A DNA stretch of 64,000 nt from NCBI GenBank assembly GCA_963776345.1, contig CAVZMH010000014.1, positions 98,973 through 162,972 of the forward strand. Reading direction: 5' to 3'. Both the position numbers and the translations under genes were made by a program. This stretch comes from an uncultured delta proteobacterium. GTDB lineage: Bacteria; Myxococcota; Myxococcia; Myxococcales; Myxococcaceae. How positions within the stretch are numbered: position 1 is the first letter of the stretch; each line of letters opens with the position of its first letter. The notes under the pieces are model-generated. The model had not been told where the DNA came from. It did not search any database and worked only from the letters and a program-made list of their open reading frames with translations. Positions 10,384 to 19,348 of this stretch are shown here, in pieces.

Positions 10384-10607
10384 TCGGCGAGGCGGCGGAA
10401 GGTTCCCCCGTACCTGGCATGGGCGCGTGCCATCACCTTGCGCAACCTCTCGGTCCGCCGGGCCGAGCGGACCGGTGAGATGACGATGACCTCGCCGTCG
10501 GTCGAGACCTCCAGCGGCGTGGTGGCGCGGATTCCGGTGGACTCGAGCAGGTCCCGGTCGAGGATCAGAGCGAGGCTGTTCCCGGTGCGAGTGAGCTTCT
10601 TCCTCAT
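10380..10607 (-). CDS. AbrB/MazE-type antitoxin
   Basis: MRKKLTRTGNSLALILDRDLLE..GI..LEVSTDGEVIVISP, directly upstream of doc. Confidence 0.88.
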   Translation of the reverse strand: MRKKLTRTGNSLALILDRDLLESTGIRATTPLEVSTDGEVIVISPVRSARRTERLRKVMARAHARYGGTFRRLAE

Positions 10608-10639
10608 GGTTCGTACAGGATAGCACTCTTGTACGGACC
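10608..10639 (-). promoter_or_regulatory. Inverted-repeat operator overlapping an extended -10 of the TA operon
   Basis: GGTTCGTACAGGA-N6-TCTTGTACGGACC (2 mismatches); minus strand TGcTATCCT 9 nt before ATG. Confidence 0.65.
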
Positions 10640-10686
10640 GCGGCCGGAGGTCGATTCGTGAGGGGTTGGCCCGGGGGGACGGGCTG

Positions 10687-11166
10687 TCAGCGCCGCGTAC
10701 GGTCGCGGATCACCTCGAGCTCAGCGATCGCCTCGAGATCCTTCGGCCTTCCTGCCGCGCGCTTGACGGCGATCAGCGTCTCGAGGTCGAGCAGACGGCA
10801 CCGGATCCCGAACAGCTCGATCTCGAACGAGTGCGGAAGCAGCTCGTCGTAGCCCCCGCCGCCGACGATCTCTCCCAGAAGGTCGAGGGCGCCGAGAGAG
10901 GTCTGCAGAGTGAAGTTGAGGCCGTTCCGGACCGTGCGCTCGTCCCAGATGAACGGGAGTCCCGGGGGCGCTCCGCGGAGGTACGGGTGCGTCGGCGAGA
11001 GCGCGGAGACGAGACGGCCGAGGTTCTCGGGATCTCGAGCGTAGACCACGTCGACGTCCTGCGTCAGACGCGCCGACCCGTGCGCGACCGCGGCGGCTCC
11101 GCCGACCAGGATGAAACGCACCCCTTCCGCGGCGAGCGCGCGCAGGAGAGCGCCGACGTCGGTCAT
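10687..11166 (-). CDS. Nucleotidyltransferase (pol-beta superfamily, AbiEii/DUF2204-like)
   Basis: FILVGGAAAVAHGSARLTQDVDVVY...LIAVKRAAGRPKDLE; ATGA coupling to upstream 61-aa ORF. Confidence 0.8.
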   Translation of the reverse strand: MTDVGALLRALAAEGVRFILVGGAAAVAHGSARLTQDVDVVYARDPENLGRLVSALSPTHPYLRGAPPGLPFIWDERTVRNGLNFTLQTSLGALDLLGEIVGGGGYDELLPHSFEIELFGIRCRLLDLETLIAVKRAAGRPKDLEAIAELEVIRDRTRR

Positions 11167-11348
11167 CGCCGACCGGCCTTCGCGGTCGCCTGGCGGAGCT
11201 CCTCGGCGAACTTCTGCTGCTCCATCCACTTCAGAAGCCGCTGCTCCACCGTGAGGCGCAGGTTCTCGTCGATCAGGGTGACGTCGATCCCGCTCCGGTA
11301 CGCCTCCACCACCGGGTCTGTGTCGCTGGTGCGGAGCGGGGCCTTCAT
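11163..11348 (-). CDS. Small hypothetical protein, putative partner of the nucleotidyltransferase
   Basis: 61 aa with GIDVTLIDENLRLTVEQRL; translationally coupled; TGcTAGATT extended -10 just upstream. Confidence 0.7.
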   Translation of the reverse strand: MKAPLRTSDTDPVVEAYRSGIDVTLIDENLRLTVEQRLLKWMEQQKFAEELRQATAKAGRR

Positions 11349-11619
11349 GGGCAGAAGAATCTAGCACCGAGCGGAACGCCGGCCCCGACCGGCCTTCCGC
11401 ACGGGGGGCGCCAGCCGCTCTCCGGGTGTCCGCTCTCGGGAAACGTCGTCTCGGGACCGCCCGGAGGAAGGCCTGGGCGGACCGGTCCGTGGGCCCCTCC
11501 TCCGCGAGGGCCCAGGCGGGGGACTTGCGCCCGTTCGCGTGTCCAGTCTTGCTCGGCCGGTGAGCGAGCCGGCCCCGTCCAGCGACACTGCCTCGCCGCG
11601 CGGCAAGGGGGCCGACTAC

Positions 11620-11670
11620 TCAGGAAATGCACCTGACTATTTCCGGGAAATAGACAAGAAGGTTTCCTGA
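11620..11670. promoter_or_regulatory. Symmetric AT-rich nested palindrome, candidate operator or recombination site
   Basis: TCAGGAAA-N9-CTATTTCC-G-GGAAATAG-N9-TTTCCTGA centred on 11645. Confidence 0.55.
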
Positions 11671-11908
11671 CCAGTCCGGACTTCTCGGGTTCGTGAGCGC
11701 CCGATGGATCCGTGCCCCTGACGCGGGCGGGTCCGGACCACGCCGGTACCCAGCGCGCGCAGGATGGTGCCGCGACGCCGGTCATCGCCGATTGGCCTTC
11801 GCAACACCGGGGCGGTCACCCAAGCCCTGGGGAGGGGGCCTGCCTCCCATTCGCTCGAGTGTCCACTCCCGGGACACGTTGTCCCGGGACCGGCAGACGG
11901 TGCCGGGG

Positions 11909-11931
11909 GAGGTGCCAAACACCTCGTTACC
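11909..11931 (+). repeat. Hairpin-repeat copy upstream of ABC permease
   Basis: GAGGTGCCAAACACCTCGTTACC; a separate 10-bp-stem hairpin TCCCGGGACA-CGT-TGTCCCGGGA lies at 11867-11889. Confidence 0.85.
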
Positions 11932-11969
11932 GACCCTCTACCCGGCCCTCCGCCCCCGCCCCCGGGCAC

Positions 11970-11985
11970 TGGCACGCCCGTTGAA
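11970..11985 (+). promoter_or_regulatory. Possible sigma54 -24/-12 promoter
   Basis: TGGCAC-N5-TTGAA (consensus TGGCAC-N5-TTGCW) 14 nt before ATG 12000. Confidence 0.35.
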
Positions 11986-11999
11986 CCGTGCCCCACCCC

Positions 12000-14429
12000 A
12001 TGAGCGCCCTGGCCCAGGACCTCCGCGACGCCGTCCGCCACCTCCGGAGCCGGCCCGGCTTCGCCGCCGTCGTGGTCCTCACCCTCTCCATGGGCATCGG
12101 CCTCAACGCCGCCGTCTTCACCGCGGTCGACGCCGCCCTGCTCCGGAGCCTCCCCTACGCCGAGCCCGACCGTCTGGTCCACGTCTGGCAGGTCCACGAC
12201 AGCCACGACCAGCCCTACTTCGAGCTCGCCTGGCCGACGCTCCGCGAGCTCCAGGCCGACCCCTCCATCTTCGCCGCCGTGGGCGGCTACAACGGCTCGC
12301 CGGTCACCTGGCACGACGGCGCCGAGCGCTCCCAGCTCCCCGCGCTCCAGGTCACCGCCAACTTCTTCGACGTCCTGGGCGTCCGCCCGCAGCTCGGCCG
12401 CACCTTCCTCCCCGGCGAGGACGTCAACGGCGGCCCGCGCGCGGTCGTCCTCACCGACGCGTTCTGGAGGACGCGGATGGGCGCCGACCCGGGCGTCCTC
12501 GGCCGCTCGCTGATGCTCGACGACCGGCCGTACACCGTGGTGGGCGTGCTCCCGCCGAGCTTCCCCTTCGCCCCGGGGGCCGGCGCCCGGGTGGTCCTCG
12601 CCGTCCAGCCGCAGGACGACCTCGAGACGCGCCGGAGCCTCAACTGGATCAACACCATCGCCCGCCTCCGCGACGGCAGCACCCTGAAGCAGACCCAGCA
12701 ACGCCTCTCGGCCTTCGCCGCCGCCGTGCACGAGCGCTTCCCCGAGGCACAGCAGGGCGTCTCGATGGAGCTGGTGCCGCTCCGGGACGTGCTGGTGGGG
12801 AAGGTGGAGCCGGTCCTGGTCCTCCTCTTCGCCTGCGTGAGCCTGGTGCTGCTCGTCGCCTGCGCCAACGTGGCCAACCTCCTCCTCGCCCGGGCGCGCT
12901 CCCGCGAGCAGGAGATGGCGGTCCGGGCGGCGCTGGGGGCCCCGAGAGGGCGCATCGTCCGCCAGCTCCTCACCGAGAGCCTGCTCCTCGCCACCGTGGG
13001 CGGTCTCCTCGGCCTGCTCGCCGCGCGCCTCACCCTCCCGCTGCTCCTCGCCGGCATCCCCAGCCGCGAGCAGGCCGGCATGCCGTTCCTCGAGCACCTC
13101 GACGTCGACGGCCGGGTGCTCCTCTACGGCGGGGGCCTCATCCTCCTCACCACCCTGCTCTTCGGCCTCCTGCCGGCGCTCCGCGCCTCCCGCCCCGACC
13201 TGCACGACGCGCTCAAGGATCCGGACGGGCTCGTGCGCACCGGCGAGCTCCGCCACGGGCTCCGCGGCGCGCTGGTCTCGGTCGAGGTGGCGCTGGCGGT
13301 GATGCTGCTCGGCTCGGCGGGCCTGATGGGGAAGAGCCTGCTCCGGGTGCTCTCCACCGACCCGGGCTTCCGTCCCGAGGGCGCGCTGGGGGTGACGGTG
13401 GTCGCGCCCGACGCGATGGTGGAGAAGGACGAGCTGGCCATCGCCCTGAACGCGCGGCTGCTCGAGGCGGTGTCCGCGGTCCCCGGGGTGACGGCCGTGA
13501 CCCGGGTGAACGCGATGCCCGGCGCCGGCAACGGCGGCACCCAGCGCTTCCTCCGGATGGACCGGCCACCGCCGACGGGCGCGCAGCCCGAGGCGACCGT
13601 CCGGACCGTCGAGCCGTCCTACTTCCGGGTGCTCGGCATCCCGCTGCTCGCGGGCCGCGCCTTCGGTCCCGAGGACACGCAGAAGTCGCTCCAGGTGGTG
13701 ATCGTCAACCGGGCCCTGCAGCGGCAGTTCTTCCCCGGCGAGGACGTGGTGGGCAAGCGCATCCACCCGACCTACGGGGCCGACGCCCCGGTCCTCACCA
13801 TCGTGGGCGTCGCGGCGGACCAGACCTTCGGCGCGCTCGACCAGCCGGCGCCGCCCATTCTCTACTACGCGGACACGCAGTCCACCGGGTATCCGGTCAC
13901 CTTCGTCCTGCGCTCGAGCCGGACCGGAGTGGGCACCGAGGTCCGCCAGGCGCTCCAGGGGGCCGTGCCGGAGGCCACGGTGCTCCCGGTGCGCGCGCTC
14001 ACCGAGGTGCTGGACCAGGCGCCGTCGATGTTCCTCCGGCGCTACCCGGTGTTCCTGCTCGGCGTCTTCGCCGCGTTCGCCCTGGTGCTCGCCGCGGTGG
14101 GCATCTTCGGCGTCGTCTCGTACGCGGTGGTGCAGCGCACCCGCGAGTTCGGCATCCGCATGGCGGTGGGCGCGGCGCGGAGAGACATCATCCGCCTGGT
14201 GCTCCGGCAGAACCTCCCGCCGGTGGTGGCCGGCGCCGCCGCGGGCGTCCTCGGCTCGGTGGTGCTGGCGGCGGTCTTCCGCGGGCTCCTCTTCGGGGTC
14301 ACCGCCTCCGACCCCGGGGTGCTGGGCGGGGTGGTGGCGGTCCTGGCGCTGGTGGCCGTCGCCAGCGCGCTGCTCCCGGCGCTCCGTGCCTCCCGGGTGG
14401 ACCCGGCCACGGCGCTGCGGTCGAGCTGA
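12000..14429 (+). CDS. ABC transporter permease, duplicated MacB/FtsX (ADOP-type)
   Basis: QDLRDAVRHLRSRPGF..., LLVACANVANLLLAR..REQEMAVRAALGA, QRTREFGIRMAVGA, RASRVDPATALR. Confidence 0.92.
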   Translation: MSALAQDLRDAVRHLRSRPGFAAVVVLTLSMGIGLNAAVFTAVDAALLRSLPYAEPDRLVHVWQVHDSHDQPYFELAWPTLRELQADPSIFAAVGGYNGSPVTWHDGAERSQLPALQVTANFFDVLGVRPQLGRTFLPGEDVNGGPRAVVLTDAFWRTRMGADPGVLGRSLMLDDRPYTVVGVLPPSFPFAPGAGARVVLAVQPQDDLETRRSLNWINTIARLRDGSTLKQTQQRLSAFAAAVHERFPEAQQGVSMELVPLRDVLVGKVEPVLVLLFACVSLVLLVACANVANLLLARARSREQEMAVRAALGAPRGRIVRQLLTESLLLATVGGLLGLLAARLTLPLLLAGIPSREQAGMPFLEHLDVDGRVLLYGGGLILLTTLLFGLLPALRASRPDLHDALKDPDGLVRTGELRHGLRGALVSVEVALAVMLLGSAGLMGKSLLRVLSTDPGFRPEGALGVTVVAPDAMVEKDELAIALNARLLEAVSAVPGVTAVTRVNAMPGAGNGGTQRFLRMDRPPPTGAQPEATVRTVEPSYFRVLGIPLLAGRAFGPEDTQKSLQVVIVNRALQRQFFPGEDVVGKRIHPTYGADAPVLTIVGVAADQTFGALDQPAPPILYYADTQSTGYPVTFVLRSSRTGVGTEVRQALQGAVPEATVLPVRALTEVLDQAPSMFLRRYPVFLLGVFAAFALVLAAVGIFGVVSYAVVQRTREFGIRMAVGAARRDIIRLVLRQNLPPVVAGAAAGVLGSVVLAAVFRGLLFGVTASDPGVLGGVVAVLALVAVASALLPALRASRVDPATALRSS

Positions 14430-14835
14430 GCTTCGGCCTCAGGAGAGAGGCGGTGGCCGATGAGCACCTGGGGGATGAGCCCGGGACTCCTGGGTGCCGC
14501 CTCGCTGCACCTGCGACTCGAGCTCCTGGATGCGCCGCGCGACGGCGTGGAGCCGCTACTCGACGTCGGCGGTGGCGCCTCCGTGCGGGTCCTCGCCCGG
14601 AGCGAGCAATGCGGCGAGGACGAGGGCCGCGATGACTGCGGACAGGATGCGCCGCGATCGGCGAAGCCAGGAGCGGTTCTGCACGGGGGTCCCCCTCTTC
14701 GAGTTCCGGGAAGGGCCCCTGTGCAGCGCCGGTGCCGCGGGTCAGAGGCGCGGAAGCACGGGAGATCCGAGCGCGGAAGGCCCCCGGAATCTGTGGGACG
14801 TTCGTTACAGTCGAGCGCGGCGCAACGCGCGCCGG

Positions 14836-15048
14836 TCAGCGCCCGTGCTTGATGCCGTGCTCCACGGTGACCGCGTCGAGGATGGAGTCGAGCGACCCGG
14901 CGTCGGTGGGCGGCGGCACCACGGCAGCGGTCTCCGGGGTCGAGCCGGCCGGAGCGGGCTCCACGCGGACGTGGTGGTTCATCCCCAGCGCCGTGACGAC
15001 CGCGAGGATCGCCAGCGCGAGCAGCGCGATCAGCCCGAACGAGCGCAT
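14836..15048 (-). CDS. Small exported or membrane hypothetical protein
   Basis: [22 protein letters not shown] hydrophobic N-terminus; overlaps amidohydrolase stop. Confidence 0.55.
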   Translation of the reverse strand: MRSFGLIALLALAILAVVTALGMNHHVRVEPAPAGSTPETAAVVPPPTDAGSLDSILDAVTVEHGIKHGR

Positions 15049-16652
15049 CACCGTGCCTGCTCCGCGGTGCGCGCGTCGTACACCACCCGGCCGGCGACGA
15101 CGGTCATCAAGATCTTGCGCTGCACGATGTGCTCGGGCGTGTCGAGCGGTCCATCGAAGACCGTGAGGTCTGCGGTCTGCCCCGGCCGGAGCTCGCCACG
15201 CCACTCCTCCTCGAACGCAGCGTAGGCGGCCCCGACGGTGAACGCGTGCAGCGCCTCCTCGACCGTGAGCCTCTGGTCGGGGAGCCAGCCGCCAGGCGGC
15301 CGCCCGTCGAGGTCGGTCCGGGTCACCGCGGCGAAGAGGCCGAGCCGTGGGTCGCTGAGCTCGACCGGGAAGTCGCTCCCGAAGGCGAGGTGCACTCCGG
15401 CGTCCAGGAACCGGCGCCAGGCATAGGCGCCCGCGAGCCGCTGTCGGCCGAGTCGCTTCTCGGCCCACGGCATGTCGCTGGTGGCGTGGGTCGGCTGCAT
15501 CGAGGCGATGACCCCGAGCTGGGCGAAGCGCGGGATGTCCGCGACGTCGACGATCTGCGCGTGCTCGATCCGGAACCGCGCCGCGGGCGTGACGCCGGCC
15601 CGGGCGTAGGCCTCGAGGACATCGTGGTTCGCGGCGTCGCCGATGGCGTGGGTCGAGACCTGGAATCCGGCGGCCAGCGCCCGCCGCGAGATGGCCTCGA
15701 CCTCCTGCATCGGCGTCACGACGATCCCGGTGTTGTGCGGGTCGTCGGAGTAGGGCGCCTTCAAGTGTGCGCCCCGCGAGCCCAGGGCCCCGTCCGCGTA
15801 GACCTTGATCGACCGGAGCGTGAACAGGTCATCGGCTCCGGCGCGGAGCGGACCGCGGCGAAACGCCTCCTCCAGGGTGGCCGGATCCGAGGTCCAGTGC
15901 GCGTAGACGCGGATCTTCAGCCGGCCGGACCGCGCGAGCCGCAGGTAGATGTCCGCCACCAGCGGCGAGATGCCCATCTCGTGGACCGAGGTGAGCCCCT
16001 GCGAGACCAGGAGGTCCTGGGCCCTCAGGATCGCCTGCTCGATCTCCACCTCCGAGGGAGGCGGGATGGCCTTCTCCATCAGGTCCTCGGCCCGGTCCAC
16101 CAGCACGCCGGTGGGCTCGCCAGCGGCGTCGCGGAGGATCCGGCCGCCCGGAGGATCGGGGGTCTCCCGGGTGACGTGGGCGCGCCGGAGCGCCTCGGAG
16201 TTGGCCCAGCCGGCGTGTCCGTCCACCCGGCGCACGAAGACCGGCGTGTCCGGGGCCACGGCGTCGAGCGCGGCGCGGGTGGGGAACTGCTGGTCCGGGT
16301 AGAGGTTCTGGTCCCAGCCGCGGCCCTGGAGCCAGGCGCCCGGAGCGAGCTTCGGGAGCGCGGCCTCGACGCGGGCCGCGCAGTCCGCGGGGGAGCGGCA
16401 GCCGCGAAGGTCGACCTTGACCAGCGACAGCCCGAGCCCGACGACGTGCCCGTGCGCGTCGGTCAGGCCGGGGACGACCACGGAGCTCGGCGCCGATCTG
16501 GCCGGCTCGACCCGCACGATGCGCGAGCCGGCGAGGGAGATGGCCACGGCGTCGCCCTGGGCGGTCCGGGCGACCAGCGGGGGAGGCGCGTCGGATGGAA
16601 CGGGGAGCACCGAGGCACAGCCTCCGAGAAGAAGGGCGGTCAGGAGACGCAA
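15048..16652 (-). CDS. Amidohydrolase-3 (YtcJ-like), lipoprotein
   Basis: TTG start [12 protein letters not shown] lipobox; [51 protein letters not shown]. Confidence 0.88.
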   Translation of the reverse strand: MRLLTALLLGGCASVLPVPSDAPPPLVARTAQGDAVAISLAGSRIVRVEPARSAPSSVVVPGLTDAHGHVVGLGLSLVKVDLRGCRSPADCAARVEAALPKLAPGAWLQGRGWDQNLYPDQQFPTRAALDAVAPDTPVFVRRVDGHAGWANSEALRRAHVTRETPDPPGGRILRDAAGEPTGVLVDRAEDLMEKAIPPPSEVEIEQAILRAQDLLVSQGLTSVHEMGISPLVADIYLRLARSGRLKIRVYAHWTSDPATLEEAFRRGPLRAGADDLFTLRSIKVYADGALGSRGAHLKAPYSDDPHNTGIVVTPMQEVEAISRRALAAGFQVSTHAIGDAANHDVLEAYARAGVTPAARFRIEHAQIVDVADIPRFAQLGVIASMQPTHATSDMPWAEKRLGRQRLAGAYAWRRFLDAGVHLAFGSDFPVELSDPRLGLFAAVTRTDLDGRPPGGWLPDQRLTVEEALHAFTVGAAYAAFEEEWRGELRPGQTADLTVFDGPLDTPEHIVQRKILMTVVAGRVVYDARTAEQAR

Positions 16653-16769
16653 GGCGGGGCAGTGTGCGCGGAGTCGAGGCCGTGCCTCAAGCGCGCCGGT
16701 CCGGCAAACGCGAGGTGGCGGTCGTTCTTCCTGGACCCCGGGCCGGAATTGCCGGACGTTGCCGCCGCC

Positions 16770-17237
16770 ATGCGAGGGCGGGGCAGCGTGCAGGTGGCGG
16801 TGATCGCGGCGCTCGCCGTGGGTCTGGTGGGCGGCCTGGGCGCGTTCACCTTCCGCTACGCCGAGGGGCTCTCGTACTTCAGCGCCGACCCCCGGGCCTG
16901 CGTGAACTGCCACATCATGCGGGACGAGTACGCCTCCTGGCAGCACTCGCCCCACCACGCCGCGGCCACCTGCGTGCAGTGCCACCTGCCGCACGCCTTC
17001 GTGCCCAAGTGGTGGGCCAAGGCGGTGAACGGCTGGAACCACAGCAAGGCGTTCACGCTCCAGGATTTCCCGGAGCCGATCCACATCACCCCCCGGAACG
17101 CCCGCGTCCTCCAGGACAACTGTCTCGCCTGTCACGGAGCGATCGTGTCGGAGCTGGTGCACGGGAGCACCACGGACCAGGACGCGGTGCTCTGCGTCCA
17201 TTGCCACCGCGGCGTCGGGCACGGCGCGCGGAACTAG
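16770..17237 (+). CDS. nrfH: Cytochrome c nitrite reductase small subunit (tetraheme)
   Basis: N-terminal TM helix; CVNCH, CVQCH, CLACH, CVHCH; HRGVGH end. Confidence 0.93.
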   Translation: MRGRGSVQVAVIAALAVGLVGGLGAFTFRYAEGLSYFSADPRACVNCHIMRDEYASWQHSPHHAAATCVQCHLPHAFVPKWWAKAVNGWNHSKAFTLQDFPEPIHITPRNARVLQDNCLACHGAIVSELVHGSTTDQDAVLCVHCHRGVGHGARN

Positions 17238-17248
17238 AGGGACTCTCG

Positions 17249-18781
17249 ATGGAACCGACCGCTCCGAAGAAGCGCTGGCCGATGCTGGTGGTGGTGGCGC
17301 TGGTGGCGGCGGTGGCCGCGGCGGGCATCACCGCGCTGCTGGTGAGCATCATCCAGCGGAAGACCGAGGCCAAGCAGACGTTCGTCCGGCTGGTCGAGGT
17401 GGACGAGAACACCGTCGACCCCAAGGTCTGGGGAACGAACTGGCCGCGGGAGTACGACAGCTACTTGAAGACGGTGGACCCGAGCCACACCAACTTCGGC
17501 GGCGGGGACGCGAGTCCGGCCGAGAAGGCGGACCGGTTCCCCTGGCTGACGCGCGTCTTCGCCGGGTACGCCTTCAGCCTGGACTACCGGGACCGGCGCG
17601 GGCACGCGTACATGCTCCTGGACCAGGAGAAGACGCGGCGGGTGACGGAGAAGCCGCAGCCCGGGGCGTGCCTCCACTGCCACGCGAGCATCATCCCGGC
17701 GTACCGGTTCGTCGGGAAGGGCGACGTGATGAAGGGCTTCGAGGAGGTGGGCGCCATGAAGTACCAGGAGGCGCGCGCCTTGAAGGACGCCGCGGGGAAG
17801 CCGCTGGTGGACCACCCGGTGAGCTGCGTGGACTGCCACGACGCGAAGACGATGGCGCTGCGGGTGACGCGGCCGGGGTTCCTGGTGGGGATCAAGGTGC
17901 TGAAGGAGCACCAGGGGGTGAAGGACTACGACGTGAACCGGGACGCGAGCCGGCAGGAGATGCGGAGCTACGTCTGCGGCCAGTGCCACGTCGAGTACTA
18001 CTTCCGTGGGGACCGGAAGACGCTGACCTACCCGTGGAAGAACGGGCTGAAGGCGGACGAGATCGAGGCGTACTACGACGACGGGGCGAACTTCGCGGAC
18101 GGGAAGCCGTACAAGGACTGGGTGCACGCCGAGTCGGGCGCGCCGGTGCTGAAGGCGCAGCATCCGGAGTTCGAGCTGTGGAACCAGGGCATCCACGCGC
18201 GGAGCGGGGTGGCGTGCGCGGACTGCCACATGCCCTACATCCGCGAGGGGGCGCTCAAGGTGAGCGACCACTGGGTGCGGAGCCCGCTGTTGAACGTGAG
18301 CCGGGCGTGCCAGACGTGTCACCCGTATGCGGAGAGCGAGATCCAGGCCCGGGTGGCGCAGATCCAGTTGCGGAACTACGACCTGCTCCAGCGGGCGGGC
18401 GGGGCGATCTCCGAGATGCTGGACGCGCTGAAGGCGGCGAAGGCGGCGGGGGCGACGGATGCGCAGCTGGCCCAGGCGCGGGCGCTGCAGCGGAAGGCCC
18501 AGTGGCGGCTGGACTTCGTGGCCGCGGAGAACAGCATGGGGTTCCACGCCCCGCAGGAGGCCGCGCGGCTCCTGGGCGAGGCGGTGGATTACGGGCGGCA
18601 GGCGCAGATCTCGGTGGAGAAGCTGCGGCTCGGTGAGGCGAAGCCCGCGGCCGCGAAGAGCGGGCCGTGGCGCTCTTCATCATCGCCTTGGGTGAGCTGC
18701 AAGGGCTCGAGGTGCCGGCGAGCTTTAACCGTCCATTCTTCCAGCCGAACATCGCGGAGTTCTGGGCGCGGTGGAACATGA
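17249..18781 (+). CDS. nrfA: Ammonia-forming cytochrome c552 nitrite reductase (CXXCH-type), C-terminus fused to foreign sequence
   Basis: Five hemes [46 protein letters not shown]; homology ends at 18667, then reads 38 codons into the insert. Confidence 0.93.
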   Translation: MEPTAPKKRWPMLVVVALVAAVAAAGITALLVSIIQRKTEAKQTFVRLVEVDENTVDPKVWGTNWPREYDSYLKTVDPSHTNFGGGDASPAEKADRFPWLTRVFAGYAFSLDYRDRRGHAYMLLDQEKTRRVTEKPQPGACLHCHASIIPAYRFVGKGDVMKGFEEVGAMKYQEARALKDAAGKPLVDHPVSCVDCHDAKTMALRVTRPGFLVGIKVLKEHQGVKDYDVNRDASRQEMRSYVCGQCHVEYYFRGDRKTLTYPWKNGLKADEIEAYYDDGANFADGKPYKDWVHAESGAPVLKAQHPEFELWNQGIHARSGVACADCHMPYIREGALKVSDHWVRSPLLNVSRACQTCHPYAESEIQARVAQIQLRNYDLLQRAGGAISEMLDALKAAKAAGATDAQLAQARALQRKAQWRLDFVAAENSMGFHAPQEAARLLGEAVDYGRQAQISVEKLRLGEAKPAAAKSGPWRSSSSPWVSCKGSRCRRALTVHSSSRTSRSSGRGGT

Positions 18782-19083
18782 CTGCGACTGCGGTCTTCAG
18801 GGAGTACTTTTTTTATAATCGATGGGGTCGCCGCAGCTTCAACCCGTACCTGAACGCGGTCATCGTCTTCTTGGCCGTCGGGCTCTGGCACGGATCCAAT
18901 CTCTACTGGATCTCCTTTGGCCTCATTCACGGGATCTACTTCTGCTCGTACCTCTGGTTGCGCCCTCACCTCGGGCGATTCCGAAGTCGGGTCCTGAAGC
19001 CGGCTGGCGCCGCTTTGACCTATGTCTGCGTGTGCATGGCCTGGTATCTTCCTTCGAAGATTGTGGCGCTGCTGCGCCTCTAG
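18667..19083 (+). pseudogene. MBOAT (DltB/AlgI-like) acyltransferase, C-terminal fragment only
   Basis: [39 protein letters not shown]; only 138 aa, 5' part missing at the nrfA junction. Confidence 0.8.
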
Positions 19084-19098
19084 TCGGAGGGTGGACGC

Positions 19099-19341
19099 GT
19101 GGATGGACAGTCGACGCAGGACCGTGTGAGGGCGGCCATCGTGCGGGCACTCGGCCTGACGAGTGCTGCACCACACCTTCCGCTCCGGATGGGTTCGACT
19201 CCTGGATGGGATTCCCTTGGACACATGACGGTCGTGATGGAGCTCGAGCGCGAGTTCGGCGTTCGTGTCCCGGTGACGCGCATCTCGGACTTGGTCGACG
19301 TCGATGCAATCGTCCGTGCAATCGCTGCTGGGATGAAATGA
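19099..19341 (+). CDS. Acyl/aminoacyl carrier protein
   Basis: 80 aa, GWDSLGHM phosphopantetheine site, ELEREFGV. Confidence 0.88.
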   Translation: MDGQSTQDRVRAAIVRALGLTSAAPHLPLRMGSTPGWDSLGHMTVVMELEREFGVRVPVTRISDLVDVDAIVRAIAAGMK

Positions 19342-19348
19342 GGGAGCA

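Noticed and set aside
5974..10623. 1549-aa plus-strand ORF
   Set aside because: Antisense shadow of mfd and the TA genes, typical of high-GC DNA; no domain motifs.
15129..17248. Long N-terminal extensions of NrfH and NrfA in the ORF track
   Set aside because: They overlap the antisense amidohydrolase or nrfH; the likely true starts are 16770 and 17249.
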